The position numbers and the translations under genes are program-made. A stretch of 60,392 bases of DNA, the filler included, from Diploschistes diacapsis (taxonomy: Eukaryota): the NCBI GenBank assembly GCA_023645945.1. It is 11 parts of 11 records of this genome, joined end to end, with 100 filler letters (N's around TTAATTAATTAA, not from the genome) between each part and the next. Parts side by side here need not be neighbours in the genome. Positions count along the whole stretch, not along the records: positions 55,022 to 60,392 come from JALAIB010001560.1; 10 more parts are not named here. One strand, written 5' to 3'. The notes beneath the pieces are model-generated. The model worked only from the letters and a program-made list of their open reading frames with translations. It was not told the DNA's origin and did not search any database. Below, in pieces: positions 59,825-60,392 of this stretch (positions are counted from its first letter, which is position 1; the number at the start of each line of letters is the position of its first letter).

Positions 59825-60049
59825 GACTTGTTTTCCTGTCTGCAAGTTGTACGAAAGACCCACATTCAAGGATATTAGATACGAAGTACCCCCCAGAATA
59901 AAGGTTAACGGTGATTAGTGCGCGCAGAGGGATATCAGGAACCATTGAACCTTTTTTAATCAGGGCTGACCTTCATTCTGGGGAATACTTTTGTATAAGA
60001 CGTGGGCAGAAATGCACAAGGCTGACGAGTTATCTCTATGCTTGCTCTG

Positions 60050-60392
60050 AGGTTTAATTTCCAAAGCGAAGCTTGGTTATCTTGATTGGAACCGTAAGAA
60101 CTAGCAGTAAGCAGCAGGGGATACTAATTATCAAAGAAGTTTTTATATTCAACTGTTGTTGAAAATAGGAATTAGTGGAATAAATGAAAAATTGCTTGCA
60201 TAAATACAGTAGTAAAGTATTATTATTGTAGGAAGTAATGAAGGAAGAGAGGGCTAGTAAGGATGGGAGGTAAGAGGCTTTTATAAACATATTTCATCTA
60301 ACTAGCGCTTAGTGATTAATAATATATTAATTTCTAATAAATGTTGGATTTGTAATCCAATATTATTCGACCTTTAATCCAATATAATAATG
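60050..60392. repeat. AT-rich RIP-like repeat remnant
   Basis: Abrupt AT/TpA enrichment at the contig end; no family recognised. Confidence 0.45.

Overview
Eukaryotic DNA from a filamentous ascomycete (Pezizomycotina). The evidence is short GT-AG introns with CTRAC/CTAAT branch points, fungal gene families, and repeats bearing RIP-like (repeat-induced point mutation) damage. The window is not one locus. It is 11 unrelated ~5.4 kb contigs sorted by decreasing length (5436, 5426, 5423, 5411, 5402, 5399, 5387, 5384, 5377, 5376, 5371 nt), joined by artificial 100-nt N44-TTAATTAATTAA-N44 linkers, so adjacency across linkers is meaningless. Recognisable conserved genes: carnitine acetyltransferase (mitochondrial presequence plus peroxisomal PTS1), EAF7, MCM1, MCM2 head-to-head with UBR7/mlo2, an Eaf-domain elongation factor, CDC50, RTT107/brc1, VPS25, and partial frataxin, AP-3 sigma and SEN15. 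Accessory or secreted genes: LysM effector, M43 metalloprotease, GH71 alpha-1,3-glucanase, membrane-anchored fucose-lectin-like protein and an AsaB-like desaturase. Decaying genes: a RIP-damaged ferric reductase resembling the Starship auxiliary type, a frameshifted DUF4470-MYND gene, an F-box-like gene with one frameshift, and a relic reducing-PKS plus PLP aminotransferase pair. Transposon remnants include a chromovirus integrase with LTR, a Tc1/mariner transposase, a Harbinger-like MITE and hAT-like termini, several recurring in different contigs. I found no convincing entirely new system. The best leads are the possible Starship remnant, the uncharacterised Cys-rich C-terminal module on the GH71 enzyme, the relic secondary-metabolite cluster, and the MCB-rich bidirectional MCM2-UBR7 promoter. 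All family assignments come from motif recognition by eye; no searches were run.
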